Assembly: GCA_963737905.1 (NCBI GenBank)
Contig: CAVTUQ010000012.1
Coordinates: forward strand, 1 to 64,000
Direction: 5' to 3'
DNA from: an uncultured delta proteobacterium
Lineage (GTDB): Bacteria > Desulfobacterota > Binatia > UBA9968
DNA length: 64,000 bases
The position numbers and the translations under genes are program-made. The notes under the pieces are model-generated. The model saw only the letters and a list, made by a program, of their open reading frames with translations, did no database searches and was not told where the DNA came from. This document shows positions 38,772 to 49,921 of the stretch, piece after piece (positions within the stretch are counted from its first letter, which is position 1; each line of letters begins with the position of its first letter).

Positions 38772-41075
38772 ATGAAACAGACCCAGATCTGTTTTGTTAG
38801 TGGTACGACCCTGGTCCTCTTTTTGTTTCTGATCTCGCCGGCGTGGGGACAGATCAACGTCGGGGACTATACCATTAGTGGCGGCGGAGAGATCGGCGGT
38901 CTGCCGCGGGGTTTTAAGGGGGACTTGTCCTCGTTTGAACAATATCGGGATATTCCCGAGAGCGTTATTGTGCCGCAACTGCAACTGATGATCGGAGGAA
39001 AAAAGGAAGATTATTATCTCTATGCCGATTCCTACAAGACCGGACTGAGCGACCAGAGCTATACGCTTCGCGTCGGCAGATATGGGCTCTTGGATATGGA
39101 ATTCCAGTGGGATCAAATTCCGCACTGGTTCGACGGCAAGTTCGCCCGGACCCCTTATAGCGAGAGGGACGGAGTTTTCACTCTTTCCTCCAAGCCGACA
39201 GCAACCACGGCAACGACTGTTTGCGCCACTTCCCCTACATGCCAGTGGTTAAACACCACTGCGCAACCGATAAATCTCAGCCTCTATAACGGCATTGCGC
39301 GGGTCAAGGTCCGCTACACGCCTCAGCCGGGATGGAACTTTACCGCGGGTTATTGGCAAAATCATAACGTTGGAGACCGAGCGTTTGGAACTCTCTTCGG
39401 CAGCAGTCCTGGCTCGTACAATATTACCGAACTCGCCGAACCGATCAATTACCAGACTTATAATATCGAACTGGGCGGAGAGTATGCAGCGAACGGATGG
39501 TCCGTCGGTTTGAAATACAACGGATCGATTTTCAACAATCTCACTAGTAACATCGTCTGGGACAACCCGATGAACCTAACGGGTGTAGGGGCGGCATGCC
39601 AGGACTCCGCAACCTCTGAATTATAACACCGGCACTGGGAGCCTGCCGCGGTCGGATGGATCTCTATCCAAATAATCACGCCCACACGGTGACCTTATCA
39701 GGGGCAGCGGCGCTTCCGCTTAAGACCAACTTTATGGGGACGGCCTCTTATGGTTGGAGACTCCAGGATGCTTCCTTCCTGCCGTTTACCATTAACAGTT
39801 GCTACGGCTCGGGCCCGAAACCGGCCTCCTGCAGAGACGCCGCTCTGACACCCTTGCCGACGATCTCCAAAAACAGCCTCTCTGGCGACATTCGCCCGCT
39901 CATGGTTAATGCCACCCTGGTGAACAACTTCTTCGAAGGCGTTACCCTGAAGTCCTTTTATCGCTACTATGGCCTGAGCAACCACAGCAGCCAGGTCGAT
40001 TTACCGCAAGGGTATATCGTTCTCGATACCGGAGCACCGCACAGGGGCGGCGCTAGAAAACCCGCTTTATTCGTATGCGAAGAATAGCGTCGGCTTCGAG
40101 GGGAGCTACAATTTCTTCCGTTGGCTGTCGGCCAAGTGGAGCTATGGTTACGACAGAATGCATCGACATGATCGCGAGACCTTCAACGCGGACGAATATG
40201 GCGTGGGACCGACCTTCGATATCAAGCCGATTCCCGAGCTTTTATTCAGGGCTTCTTACAGACATTTGTGGCGCAACATTTCTGCATATAACGCGCTCCC
40301 GGAAGCCGATGCCGCCAATATTTCGCGAAAATACGACGAGGCGGCGCGTCGCCGGAACAAAACCAGTCTTTTCGCTCAGTATACGCCGCTGGATAACTTA
40401 GAATTGCATTGGGGTTTTGACTTGACCACCGATCGTTATCTCTATGCCACCGTGGGAGCTCAAAACGATAATAACTACTCGCCCTCTGTCGGTTTTGTTT
40501 ACACGCCGCTCCAATGGCTCAGAGTCTTTGCGGATTACAATTGGGATCGCACTGATTGGAAGATGGATGTGCAGGACCGGACGTCTCTCACTCAGACACC
40601 CGCGACCAATTGTTTTCCTGCGGTCCCCATTAACCAAAATCAGTGTTGGACCAGCCGGGGAAAGGACTTTGCCAACACCATCAGCTTTGGCAGCGATGTG
40701 GATATTATCCCGAATCTTTTTGGATTTCGCCTGCAGTACACGTTTTCTAACGGTCACAGTATAGTTTCGGCCAGCGGTGACCAGCAAAGTACCACCCCAG
40801 CCGGTAATTATCCGATTATCAAAAATCAGTGGTATGAGTTGCTGGCGCGCTTTGAATACAAATTGCAGGAAAATTTAGCCCTGCGATTCGGCTATTATTA
40901 TAACCACGCGACCGAGCAGGATTTTGGCGTCGATATCATGAAGCAATGGATGGGTGATGTGGACGTCGTCCCCACGCCCAATGCTAATGTCGCAAGGTCG
41001 GCGTTTTTGGGTGATCGCATCAAGGGACCGTTTACCGCCAACGTTGGATTCGTAACTCTGGGGTTTAAGTTTTAA
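38772..41075 (+). CDS. mtrB: Outer-membrane beta-barrel, MtrB/PioB family (frameshifts near 39620 and 40045)
   Basis: Signal peptide, FEQYRD, ELAEPINY, WDNP, YPNN, RKYDEAARRR, terminal Phe; follows decaheme gene. Confidence 0.87.
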
Positions 41076-41237
41076 GAACCTTCCAGCAGTAAAAATGGTT
41101 CAGGACAATCGATGCGGGCAGTTTCTTAGCTTGGCCCTTGGTCGAAACCGCGGAGCGAGGCTTTCTTGGCCACAATTGAAATCTGACGAAGTAGCTCTTC
41201 TCATGGCTTTTTTTGAGCGATCAACGCGGAGCGAACG

Positions 41238-42494
41238 GTGAAGGTCGACAGAGTGATTGTTTTTGCGGCCCTGGTTTTTCTGACTCTAGCCATAGCCGGC
41301 GTTCTGCAGGCTCAACCGCAAGGAGAAACTTGCGCGGTTTGCCATACGGCACTTGGCGTGGACAATTTGACGAAGCCGGTTGAATTGTACAAGGCGGACA
41401 TCCATGCGCCGAAAGGATTTGGCTGTGTCGCCTGTCACGGTGGGGATGGTACCAAGATGGGATTGGAAGCAATGGATCGGGCGAAGGGATACATCGGTAA
41501 GCCCACACCAACTCAAGTCATCGAGGTATGCGGCCGTTGCCACTCCGACGCGCGCTTCATGAGACAATACAATCCCTCTCTTCGGGTCGATCAGGTTACG
41601 GAATATTACACTTCGGTTCACGGCAGGCGGCTCAAAGAGCTCAAAGACCCGAAGGTTGCGACCTGCGCTAGTTGTCACATACCTCACTCGATAAGGCCGC
41701 CTAGCGATGCGCGATCGTCGGTTTATCCGCTGCGCGTTGCGGATACTTGTGGGTCATGTCATGCCAATGCCGAATACATGGCGCCCTACAAGATTCCCAC
41801 TGACCAACTCGCGAAGTACAAAAAGAGCATTCATTGGAAGCTGATGACGAGTAAAGGAGACCTGTCGGCGCCCACCTGCAATGACTGTCACGGTAATCAC
41901 GGCGCCGCGCCTCCCGGCATCTCATGGGTCGGGAATGTCTGCGGCCAGTGTCACCCCGTCAACGCAGAGCTCTTTAGCAAGAGTCGGCACGGGCAGCTCT
42001 TTGTTCAGATGGGAATTCCGGGGTGCGCCACCTGCCACAGTAATCATGAGATACTCGAAACCAGTGATGCGATGCTCGGCGTCGACGATAAAGCCATCTG
42101 TGGAAATTGCCATACGCCGCAGGATACGGGTGGTAAAACAGCGGTCGCTATGCGGCAATCCATCGAAAGGCTCAGGACAGATTATGAGGCTGCGCATGCC
42201 ACCCTGGCGAAGGCGGAAAATGCCGGCATGGAAGTCAGCCAACCTCTCTTTGAGCTAAACGGAGCCAAGACGGCTCTTGTGAAGGCCCGCGCATCGATTC
42301 ACGGTTTTAATTTGGATAGCGTGAATGCTGAGGTTAAGCAGGGTTTGGAAATCAGTGACAAAGCGCGCGCACGGGGGGTAAGGGCGCTCGACGAGCTTCA
42401 GTTTCGCCGCAAAGGATTGGCAGTTTCAGTTCTGATCATTCTGGCTTTGATCATTGGACTAGTCCTGAAAATACGCCAGATGGAAAGAAAATGA
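41238..42494 (+). CDS. Nine-heme cytochrome c with C-terminal membrane anchor
   Basis: 9 CxxCH; signal peptide; C-terminal LAVSVLIILALIIGLVL helix. Confidence 0.92.
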   Translation: MKVDRVIVFAALVFLTLAIAGVLQAQPQGETCAVCHTALGVDNLTKPVELYKADIHAPKGFGCVACHGGDGTKMGLEAMDRAKGYIGKPTPTQVIEVCGRCHSDARFMRQYNPSLRVDQVTEYYTSVHGRRLKELKDPKVATCASCHIPHSIRPPSDARSSVYPLRVADTCGSCHANAEYMAPYKIPTDQLAKYKKSIHWKLMTSKGDLSAPTCNDCHGNHGAAPPGISWVGNVCGQCHPVNAELFSKSRHGQLFVQMGIPGCATCHSNHEILETSDAMLGVDDKAICGNCHTPQDTGGKTAVAMRQSIERLRTDYEAAHATLAKAENAGMEVSQPLFELNGAKTALVKARASIHGFNLDSVNAEVKQGLEISDKARARGVRALDELQFRRKGLAVSVLIILALIIGLVLKIRQMERK

Positions 42495-42534
42495 TAGGAG
42501 AATGAAACAAAACGTAGGCGGCATCCCGAGTGTT

Positions 42535-42590
42535 GTCATTTCGACCGAAGGGAGAAATCTAGATCCCTCACATCCGTTCGGGATGACACC
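42535..42590. repeat. REP-like element
   Basis: TGTCATTTCGACCGAAGGGAGAAATC...CGTTCGGGATGACA. Confidence 0.55.
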
Positions 42591-42644
42591 GAATGTGAGG
42601 AAAACAGCGGTTCTCACCTACGGTAGACGCGAACCAAAATAATT

Positions 42645-43107
42645 ATGGCTAAAGAACAAACATTTCTCACACACGATCCGAGCCGAAGGAATTTTCTCAA
42701 TTGGTTCCTCGGCACCACTGCCGGCGCGTTTGCCATCTCGGTTCTTTACCCGATAAGCCGTTACCTTATTCCGCCACAAGGCCGAAGAGTCTTCCGCCCA
42801 ACGTGATGCTTGCCATCAAGCCGCCAAGATATCAAACCCAACAGCGGGCAAATTGTTCGCTTCGGCAGCCAGCCTGCGATTTTGATCGATACACCAGCCG
42901 GCGAGTTAAAGGCTTTTTCTGCGACCATGCACTCATCTTGGCTGTATCGTTCAATACCGGCCGGATCTCAGCGAAATATGGTGCGCCTGTCATAACGGCC
43001 ATTTCAATTTGAACGGTAAAAATGTCGCAGGACCGCCGCCGAAGCCATTGGAAGAGTACACCGTGAATGTCAGAAGCGATCAAATCGTCGTGAGCAAAAG
43101 GGGCTAA
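42645..43107 (+). CDS. Rieske 2Fe-2S protein (frameshifted)
   Basis: Tat signal SRRNFL; CTHLGC and CACHNGHF boxes; GPPPKPL. Confidence 0.88.
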
Positions 43108-43109
43108 GC

Positions 43110-44208
43110 ATGGAAGACCAAAGCCCAAAGTACGGTAAATTGTGGCACTGGCTCGATGAAAGAATCGGGCTGGAGGATATCGAATATCTCGCCAAGAAGA
43201 AAGAAGTGCCGGTGCACGGTCACACGTTTTGGTATTATTTCGGCGGGATGACGTTGTTTCTCTTTATGATTCAGGTTACCACCGGCATCCTTCTTTTGCT
43301 CTATTATCGACCCAGTGCCGGCGAGGCCTACGAGTCCATCCAGTTTCTGATGACGGAGGTACAGTTCGGCTGGCTGGTCAGATCGATTCACGCTTGGTCG
43401 GCTAATCTGATGGTCTTTGCCATGTTCATCCATCTCTTCAGTGCCCTGCTGGGCAAGGCCTATCGCGCACCGCGCGAATTGACCTGGCTCTCGGGTGGCG
43501 TACTGCTAGGCTTAACTCTCGCCTTCGGGTTTACCGGATATCTCTTGCCGTGGAATGAACTCTCTTTCTTTGCCACAAGAGTGGGTACTGAAATACCCGG
43601 TGTCATTCCGGTCATCGGATCCTTCCTTCGCCGGTTGCTGCGCGGTGGGGACGATGTGACCGGAGCAACGTTGACGCGTTTTTATGGCATTCATGTGGCG
43701 GTGCTGCCGGCGATTGTCACGGTCGTGCTGGGTCTGCATCTGTTCCTCGTGCAGAAACATGGTATGAGTACTCCGCCAGGCGAGGAACAGGAGGGCAAGG
43801 GCAGGCGCACGATGCCTTTCTTTCCAAACTTTTTCCTCCGCGATCTGGTCGGTTGGCTTTGTGCGCTCGGCGTACTTGCTGCTCTGGCCGCCTATTTCCC
43901 GGCAGAACTAGGTAAAAAAGCGGATCCATTTCACCCCGCGCCGATCGGGATCAAGCCGGAGTGGTATTTCATGGCCATGTTTCAAACCCTAAAACTCTTG
44001 CCCAGTTATATTCTAGGTATCGAGGGGGAGCTTCTCGGTGTTCTTGCATTCGGTGTGGTCGGCTTGGTGCTGATTCTCATACCCTTTCCTCGACCGACGT
44101 ACAGCCTCAGGGCAGCCGAGCCGCCTTCCTGCGGCTTTCGGCATCACGCTTATCTTGTACATGGTCTTGTTGACTTACCTCGGATATACCATGAGTCCGA
44201 CAAAATAA
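43110..44208 (+). CDS. Cytochrome b (b6 + subunit IV fused); frameshift near 44085
   Basis: [37 protein letters not shown] Qo motif. Confidence 0.92.
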
Positions 44209-44260
44209 TCCGCATGGTTTTTGAAGTCGAAACGTTTCGCATATTGAAGAGAACCTCCAT

Positions 44261-45070
44261 ATGGCGCGATTTCGCATCATAGCGCTTAGCGATCGTTGTT
44301 CTAGTGGTCGTGGGAATCGGCTTTGCTGGCTATCGCAGTTACCAATACGTCGAGCATGATCCCCAATTTTGCGCCTCATGTCATTTGATGGCCACGGCAT
44401 GGACTACCTGGAAGCAAGGTCCTCACAACAAGCTCGATTGTCATGTTTGCCATCAACAGAATATTCAAGATCGCGTTCGTATTGTCTGGAGCTGGGCGAT
44501 TTCAGATATCAAAAAATGTTCCGCCGCATACCAGGCTCAACAGAAGGGTTTGCGAAGACTGTCATCTGAACGACAAGACGAATTGGCCGCAGATCAGTAA
44601 AACCGCCGGCCATGAGCTTCATGTCAAGAGAGCTAATTTAGAATGCCTGTCATGCCATTTGCCGTCTTTACATGCTGTGAAACCAACCACCAAAGAATGT
44701 GTTACATGTCACTCCAAGGCCACTGCCAATATCGGCGGGATGAAGGCATTCCATTGCACAACTTGCCATCAGTTTACGGCTAAGATCGGCACGGCCTAAA
44801 GCCCGAAGAGCGAGACATGTTGGGTTGTCACAGCGGAATGTCGTTAAAGGGAGAGACATTTCCGGCTCAAGCGCCAATGCGGTTCGGTTGTGCGACTGCC
44901 ATAAACCCCACAGCCGGCCCTTATTGACTTTCTCCGATTGTCTGGCGTGTCACCCGCAGATTACAGAAGATCGCCGCCATTTCGACCAAAAAGCGTTGAC
45001 GAGGTGTGTTAGTTGTCATAAACCCCATAGTTGGAAAGCTGTCACAGAATCCACAGTGAAAAAAAGTTAA
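44261..45070 (+). CDS. Membrane-anchored multiheme cytochrome c (NapC/NirT-like N-terminus, about 10 hemes), frameshifted
   Basis: N-terminal TM, FCASCH, CHVCH, CEDCH, CLSCH, CVTCH, CTTCH, CLACH, CVSCH plus two motifs broken by indels. Confidence 0.8.
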
Positions 45071-45089
45071 GTCGAAGGGAGAAATAACG

Positions 45090-45423
45090 ATGGATAGAAA
45101 AATAGTCAGGTGCCATTTTGGGACTCTGGATCGCATGGTCCTGGACGGGTGCAGCCTTGGCGGCGGATGCGAGCGCGGGAAAGGCCATCTTTGAAAAATC
45201 CTGTGTTAGCTGTCACGGCAAGGATGGCAAAGGCAATCCGGCCATGGCCAAGGTCTTAGGGGAAAAGGGATTAGATCTCACAGGCAAGGAAGCGACCCAA
45301 AAATCTGATGAGCAGCTCCTCAAAGTAATTGCCGAGGGAGCGGGAAAAATGCCGGCCCAAAAAACGCTCAGTAAGGACGATCAAAAGCAGGTTTTGAGCT
45401 ACGTGCGGTCCTTAGCGAAGTAA
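45090..45423 (+). CDS. Monoheme class I cytochrome c (frameshift in signal peptide)
   Basis: GKAIFEKSCVSCHG...GKMPA. Confidence 0.85.
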
Positions 45424-45488
45424 ATGAGTCATGTCTTCCGGTGGCAAGTGCTGCAGCGAGCAATATCGCAGCGACCGTGCGGGAACGA

Positions 45489-45740
45489 TTAGAACTTAAG
45501 CTGGTGGGGCTGGGCATGGGTTAGAAGAAAAATGGCGATTACGTCGCTGAGATCGGGACGGCTGATTTCTTCCAGGTCGTAACCTACCCGACAGTGTGGC
45601 CTTCGGTCCCCGGGGATCTGAGCTGCGATGAACGCTACAACTTCGTATTCGGGATTGTCACGGAAGCAGACATTGAATGTGTGAAAGTCCCTACCGGCCG
45701 CGCCCATAATGAGCACTCGCTCCCGGTTGGATACGTGTCT
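45489..45740 (-). pseudogene. Internally deleted GTPase/cyclic 2,3-diphosphoglycerate synthetase-like gene
   Basis: Family N-terminus RVLIMGAAGRDFH..RDNPEYEVVAF..QIP joined to C-terminal-like RVGYDLEEISRPDL. Confidence 0.7.
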
Positions 45741-45917
45741 GCTATCCCGTTAAAATTCGTTAGACACGTCTGCCATCATCGGTCTCCCCCCGGTGCCTAT
45801 GTTTCAAGATTTAACCGCATAGAACACATAGATCACAGAAATATTGATGGGCGACGGCGGCTCAATGCAATCGATCCTAAGGCCTTGCGTTCTTTACGGT
45901 TTCCTCTCTCTAAATCA

Positions 45918-45932
45918 GCAAGATATGTGCCC
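45918..45932 (-). promoter_or_regulatory. sigma54 promoter (to GTPase remnant)
   Basis: GGGCACATATCTTGC on minus strand. Confidence 0.6.
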
Positions 45933-46090
45933 CTGATCTAGTGCGACTAAATTCTCAATAACGTGATCTTGAAAACTGGCCATATTCTTCGCAGCTTTGC
46001 GATTCGAACCGCTTTATATTCTCACGAATGGGAATTATCCTTGATCAAAATTACTACGGTACCAAAAAGATCCTTTTGGCTCAACTGTCG

Positions 46091-46105
46091 TGGCACAGAG
46101 TGTGC
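46091..46105 (+). promoter_or_regulatory. sigma54 promoter for glucan phosphorylase
   Basis: TGGCACAGAGTGTGC followed by AGGAG RBS and ATG 46132. Confidence 0.6.
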
Positions 46106-46131
46106 GTTGCGTTCGTGTCAGGAGTTGTTCG

Positions 46132-47862
46132 ATGACAGAAGACACTATTCATTCTCAGCTCCCCCGCCCGGTGGACTATAGATCCACCGCTTATTTCTCG
46201 ATGGAAATAGGAATAGAGGACGGGATGCCCACCTACAGCGGCGGTTTAGGTATTCTCGCCGGGGACACCATTCGCGCTGCTGCTGATCTTAACGTGCCAA
46301 TGGTCGGGATGACGCTCCTTCATCGCAAGGGTTACTTTTACCAGCGGCTGGATTCAAACGGCAGGCAGACGGAAGAACCGGTTGAATGGGTGGTGGAAGA
46401 TTTCTTAACTGAAATGGCACAGCGAGCCGCCGTCGCCATCGAGGGGCGTGTCGTTCAGTTGCGCTCGTGGAAGTATGAAGTGTCGGGCAATGGAGATTTC
46501 AAGGTGCCGGTCTATTTTTTGGATACCGACCTGCCGGAAAATTCTGAGCGGGACCGAACTTTGACCCACTATCTTTACGGGGGCGATCAGCACTACCGGC
46601 TTTGCCAAGAAATGATTCTCGGTATCGGCGGGGTGAAGATGCTCCGCTCCTTGGGCTACGACCAAATCCGGCGGTTCCATATGAACGAAGGGCACTCCAG
46701 TCTCCTTGCGATCGAGTTGTTGGATGAGGAGGCTCAACAGAATGGTAGGGAATCCATCGTCCAGGCCGACATAGAGGCAGTGCGAAAGAAGTGCGTCTTT
46801 ACAACCCATACGCCGGTGCCTGCGGGTCAAGATAAGTTTCCCTTGGATCTTGTGAATCGTGTTCTCAGTCGCCGTGAGGTTGGCGAGATGCGCGACGTCT
46901 TTTGCTGCGGTGATCTGTTGAATATGACGTATCTGGCTCTGAATCTCAGCCATTATGTCAACGGCGTAGCTAAGAAGCACGGTGAGATATCGAGGCTCAT
47001 GTTTGCCGGTTACACTGTGGATGCGATCACGAATGGTGTTCATGCTGAGACATGGGCCACAGATTCATTTTCGCAACTTTATGATCATTACATACCGGGC
47101 TGGAGAAAGGACAATTTCAGCCTTCGTTACGCATTCGGTATTCCTAAAGAGGAGATTTGGCAGTCGCACGCGAAGGCAAAGAAAAAGTTGGTTCAATTTG
47201 TTAACCAGGAGACCAATGCCGGCTTGGACGTCGATCTATTGACCCTGGGCTTTGCACGCCGCGCTGCGGCCTACAAAAGGCCGGATCTGCTCTTCACAGA
47301 CATCGAGCGGCTGAAACAGATCGCAGCCAAAGTCGGCCCTGTGCAGGTCGTATATGCCGGGAAGGCGCATCCGCAAGATTCGGCGGGCAAGGAACAGATC
47401 CAACGAATATTTCGCGCCAAGGAGTCGCTTCGGAACGATATCAAAATTGCGTATCTTCAGAACTACAGCATGGAGCTTGGAAAGACGATGACCTCAGGAG
47501 TCGATATTTGGCTAAACACGCCACAACCTCCTCTCGAAGCGTCCGGAACGAGTGGAATGAAAGCAGCCGTGAACGGTGTGCCGAGTCTGAGCGTCTTGGA
47601 CGGCTGGTGGATCGAGGGTTGTGTTGAAGGCGTAACAGGTTGGTCGATCGGGCCAACGGACGGACCGGCCGCTGCTGCAGTCGAGGAGCACTCTAGGGAC
47701 GCGGCTTCGCTTTACGACAAACTCGAACAAGTTATTTTGCCGCTGTTTTATAAGAATCGTGATGGATTCGTCGATGTGATGCGGTACGCCATCGCGCTGA
47801 ACGGTTCGTTTTTTAATACCCACCGGATGCTGCAGCAATATGTTTTGAAAGCGTATCTATGA
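46132..47862 (+). CDS. glgP: Alpha-glucan (glycogen/maltodextrin) phosphorylase
   Basis: [43 protein letters not shown] motif. Confidence 0.93.
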   Translation: MTEDTIHSQLPRPVDYRSTAYFSMEIGIEDGMPTYSGGLGILAGDTIRAAADLNVPMVGMTLLHRKGYFYQRLDSNGRQTEEPVEWVVEDFLTEMAQRAAVAIEGRVVQLRSWKYEVSGNGDFKVPVYFLDTDLPENSERDRTLTHYLYGGDQHYRLCQEMILGIGGVKMLRSLGYDQIRRFHMNEGHSSLLAIELLDEEAQQNGRESIVQADIEAVRKKCVFTTHTPVPAGQDKFPLDLVNRVLSRREVGEMRDVFCCGDLLNMTYLALNLSHYVNGVAKKHGEISRLMFAGYTVDAITNGVHAETWATDSFSQLYDHYIPGWRKDNFSLRYAFGIPKEEIWQSHAKAKKKLVQFVNQETNAGLDVDLLTLGFARRAAAYKRPDLLFTDIERLKQIAAKVGPVQVVYAGKAHPQDSAGKEQIQRIFRAKESLRNDIKIAYLQNYSMELGKTMTSGVDIWLNTPQPPLEASGTSGMKAAVNGVPSLSVLDGWWIEGCVEGVTGWSIGPTDGPAAAAVEEHSRDAASLYDKLEQVILPLFYKNRDGFVDVMRYAIALNGSFFNTHRMLQQYVLKAYL

Positions 47863-47940
47863 GTTACGCACGATGAAAGAATGATCGAAGGCTTTGACCG
47901 GGTCTATCAGATGGCGGACGGCCGGATCACCAATCATTGA
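47863..47940 (+). pseudogene. C-terminal remnant of ABC ATPase (LolD/MacB-like)
   Basis: VTHDERMIEGFDRVYQMADGRIT: H-loop plus terminal DGRI; no start codon. Confidence 0.6.
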
Positions 47941-47956
47941 TTGGAGATGAGGAAAA

Positions 47957-48133
47957 ATGTTTATGCCCGACTGGTTGTGGTTCATTGCGTTCTTCGCAGT
48001 ATACATCGTGTTGATGCGTTGGGTACTCCCGCGCCTGGGCGTGCCTACCTGAATGGCGAATTCGTGTGATGTCGAGTCTCGACGCAAAGGTGCCGGTAAC
48101 GGCCACGATCTTAAACGAAAGATAGAGAAATGA
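47957..48133 (+). CDS. Candidate small membrane selenoprotein (58 aa, UGA at 48050-48052)
   Basis: MFMPDWLWFIAFFAVYIVLMRWVLPRLGVPT-U-MANSC...IEK; SECIS-like hairpin TGTCGA-GTC-TCGACG; final stop overlaps tsaA ATG. Confidence 0.65.
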
Positions 48134-48612
48134 ACGACGTAAAATTCAAACCCATCGGGCTTGTGCATACGAAGGGCAGCGACGCCGAAGTCAGGGAAAA
48201 AGGGAACCTGGAGGGAGAACTGGAGATCTATCCTGAATTCGAGGAAGGTCTTCAAGGGATTGACGGCTATTCACATCTCTTTGTATTGGTCTACTTCGAC
48301 CGCCTCCGGCCGGAACAGATCGGCCCTTTACAGGTAAAGCCGCGCGGGCTCTTGAGAAGAGGTTTCAAATTGGAAGAGCTGCCGCTGCTTGGCGTTTTCG
48401 CTTTGGATTCTCCCACGCGGCCCAATCCCATCGGACTTTCGCTCGTGCGTCTCATCAAACGAGAAGGAAACCGGCTTTTCGTGCAGGGTTTGGACTTCTT
48501 CGACGGTACGCCGATTCTCGATATCAAAGGTTACCGGCCGCAATATCGTACCGACAGTTACGTCATGCCGGATTGGTTTCGCACTTTGGCCGACGACAAA
48601 GGTTACGTCTAA
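48130..48612 (+). CDS. tsaA: TrmO/TsaA (YaeB)-family SAM-binding methyltransferase
   Basis: PIG, GIDGYSHL, GVFALDSPTRPNPIGLS, GLDFFDGTPILDIK. Confidence 0.88.
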   Translation: MNDVKFKPIGLVHTKGSDAEVREKGNLEGELEIYPEFEEGLQGIDGYSHLFVLVYFDRLRPEQIGPLQVKPRGLLRRGFKLEELPLLGVFALDSPTRPNPIGLSLVRLIKREGNRLFVQGLDFFDGTPILDIKGYRPQYRTDSYVMPDWFRTLADDKGYV

Positions 48613-48718
48613 GACATCTCCGCCAGAAGATTTCGCAGGATTGCAAAATTTCAATTTCATTTTCCTCAATAGTGGGAAGATCCATCCTTTAATGGTCGGA
48701 AAGGTTGTGACGTGAAAC

Positions 48719-48733
48719 TGGTATGTCTCTTGC
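48719..48733 (+). promoter_or_regulatory. sigma54 promoter
   Basis: TGGTATGTCTCTTGC. Confidence 0.6.
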
Positions 48734-48786
48734 TGCTCTAACTTCTGAGAGAAGCATTCTGCCAGTGAGTCGGAGAGGAGCGATCC

Positions 48787-49754
48787 ATGTCTACAGAAGT
48801 TAGAACCGAAATATCACCGATCCAACGGAGACAAGAGCTGATAGAAAAATACTGGGCGGGGGATATGGCCCGCAAAGTCTATCTAGTGCGACATCAACGC
48901 AAGGCGATTTTGGCACACTGCCGGCGCATCGCCGTAATCGGCGCAAGCGGTGATCCCGATAGCGAGAGCTATGTCAGTATGGAAAAACTGTTAGGACTGG
49001 GCCTTGAGATCATCCCAATTTTTTCAGGCCGTGAAAGTTTTCTGGGGCTGCGCTGCTACTCTCGTTTGCGCGATGTGCCCGGCAAGATCGATATCGTGCA
49101 AGTTTATCCCGGCGGGCGGATAAATTTAGCTAGAGCTGGCTCAGGAGGCAGTCGACAAGGGTGTGTCCACCTTCTGGATTGAAAAGGGAATGGCGGCTTC
49201 CACGAGAGGTCGAGGACATCCTTTCCAACGGTAAAGTTCAGTTGGTGGAGTACGAGAGCTTGGAATCGGAGTATTTGAAACATACTCCCATGATCCCGAG
49301 CGCGGTGCCGGTCCGCAAGGAAAAGAAGACGGTGAAGGTCAAGGAGCGGATGACCAGAAATCCTACCGCGGTCACACCCGAGGAGGCTCTCAAGGATGCC
49401 GTATGCAAGATGGAGCGCGGCCATTTCCGCCATCTGCCGGTGGTCGATAACGATGGGAAATTGATCGGCATGCTTTCTGACCGCGATATCCGCCTGATTC
49501 GCCCCTCTCTGGCATTCGTCGGCAAGGAAGACGCCGGGGTTCAGCTCTGGTCCCTCGCCGTGCAGCAAGCTGCGGTCTTCGATCCGATTTCGGTGAAGCC
49601 GGAAACAACCCTCAAGGAAGCGGCTGAGCTGATGCTGCGCTGGCACGTGGGTGGTCTCCCGGTCGTTGATAATGAAGATAAACTCATTGGCATTATTACC
49701 TATACCGATTTGTTACGAGATTCTGTTGGATCTCAGCAAAGTGATCGTCCGTGA
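48787..49754 (+). CDS. CoA-binding (YccU-like) + CBS-pair fusion, frameshifted near 49130-49190
   Basis: RRIAVIGAS, CYSRLRDVPGKIDIV; then FRHLPVV...SDRDI, VGGLPVV...TYTDLL. Confidence 0.72.
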
Positions 49755-49859
49755 CTACTGATACGAATCTTCCCAATCGTGAGAATGGAGATCGCGGCAT
49801 CCTCTGACAGATGACAAAAAAACTCCAGTACGTCGAGGCGGGAACATGCAGCTGAACGG

Positions 49860-49874
49860 TGGCACTTCTATTGC
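49860..49874 (+). promoter_or_regulatory. sigma54 promoter
   Basis: TGGCACTTCTATTGC (full consensus). Confidence 0.8.
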
Positions 49875-49921
49875 TCTTTGTCTTTCGAGAATCAAGCTAA
49901 AGCCAGCACGAGGAGGCGATA

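Noticed and set aside
45977-45992. sigma54 motif TGGCCATATTCTTCGC
   Set aside because: GG-N11-GC spacing breaks the strict -24/-12 rule
47860-47862. Read-through of glgP TGA into in-frame downstream codons
   Set aside because: Phosphorylase C-terminus looks complete; downstream peptide is an ABC ATPase remnant; no SECIS-like hairpin seen
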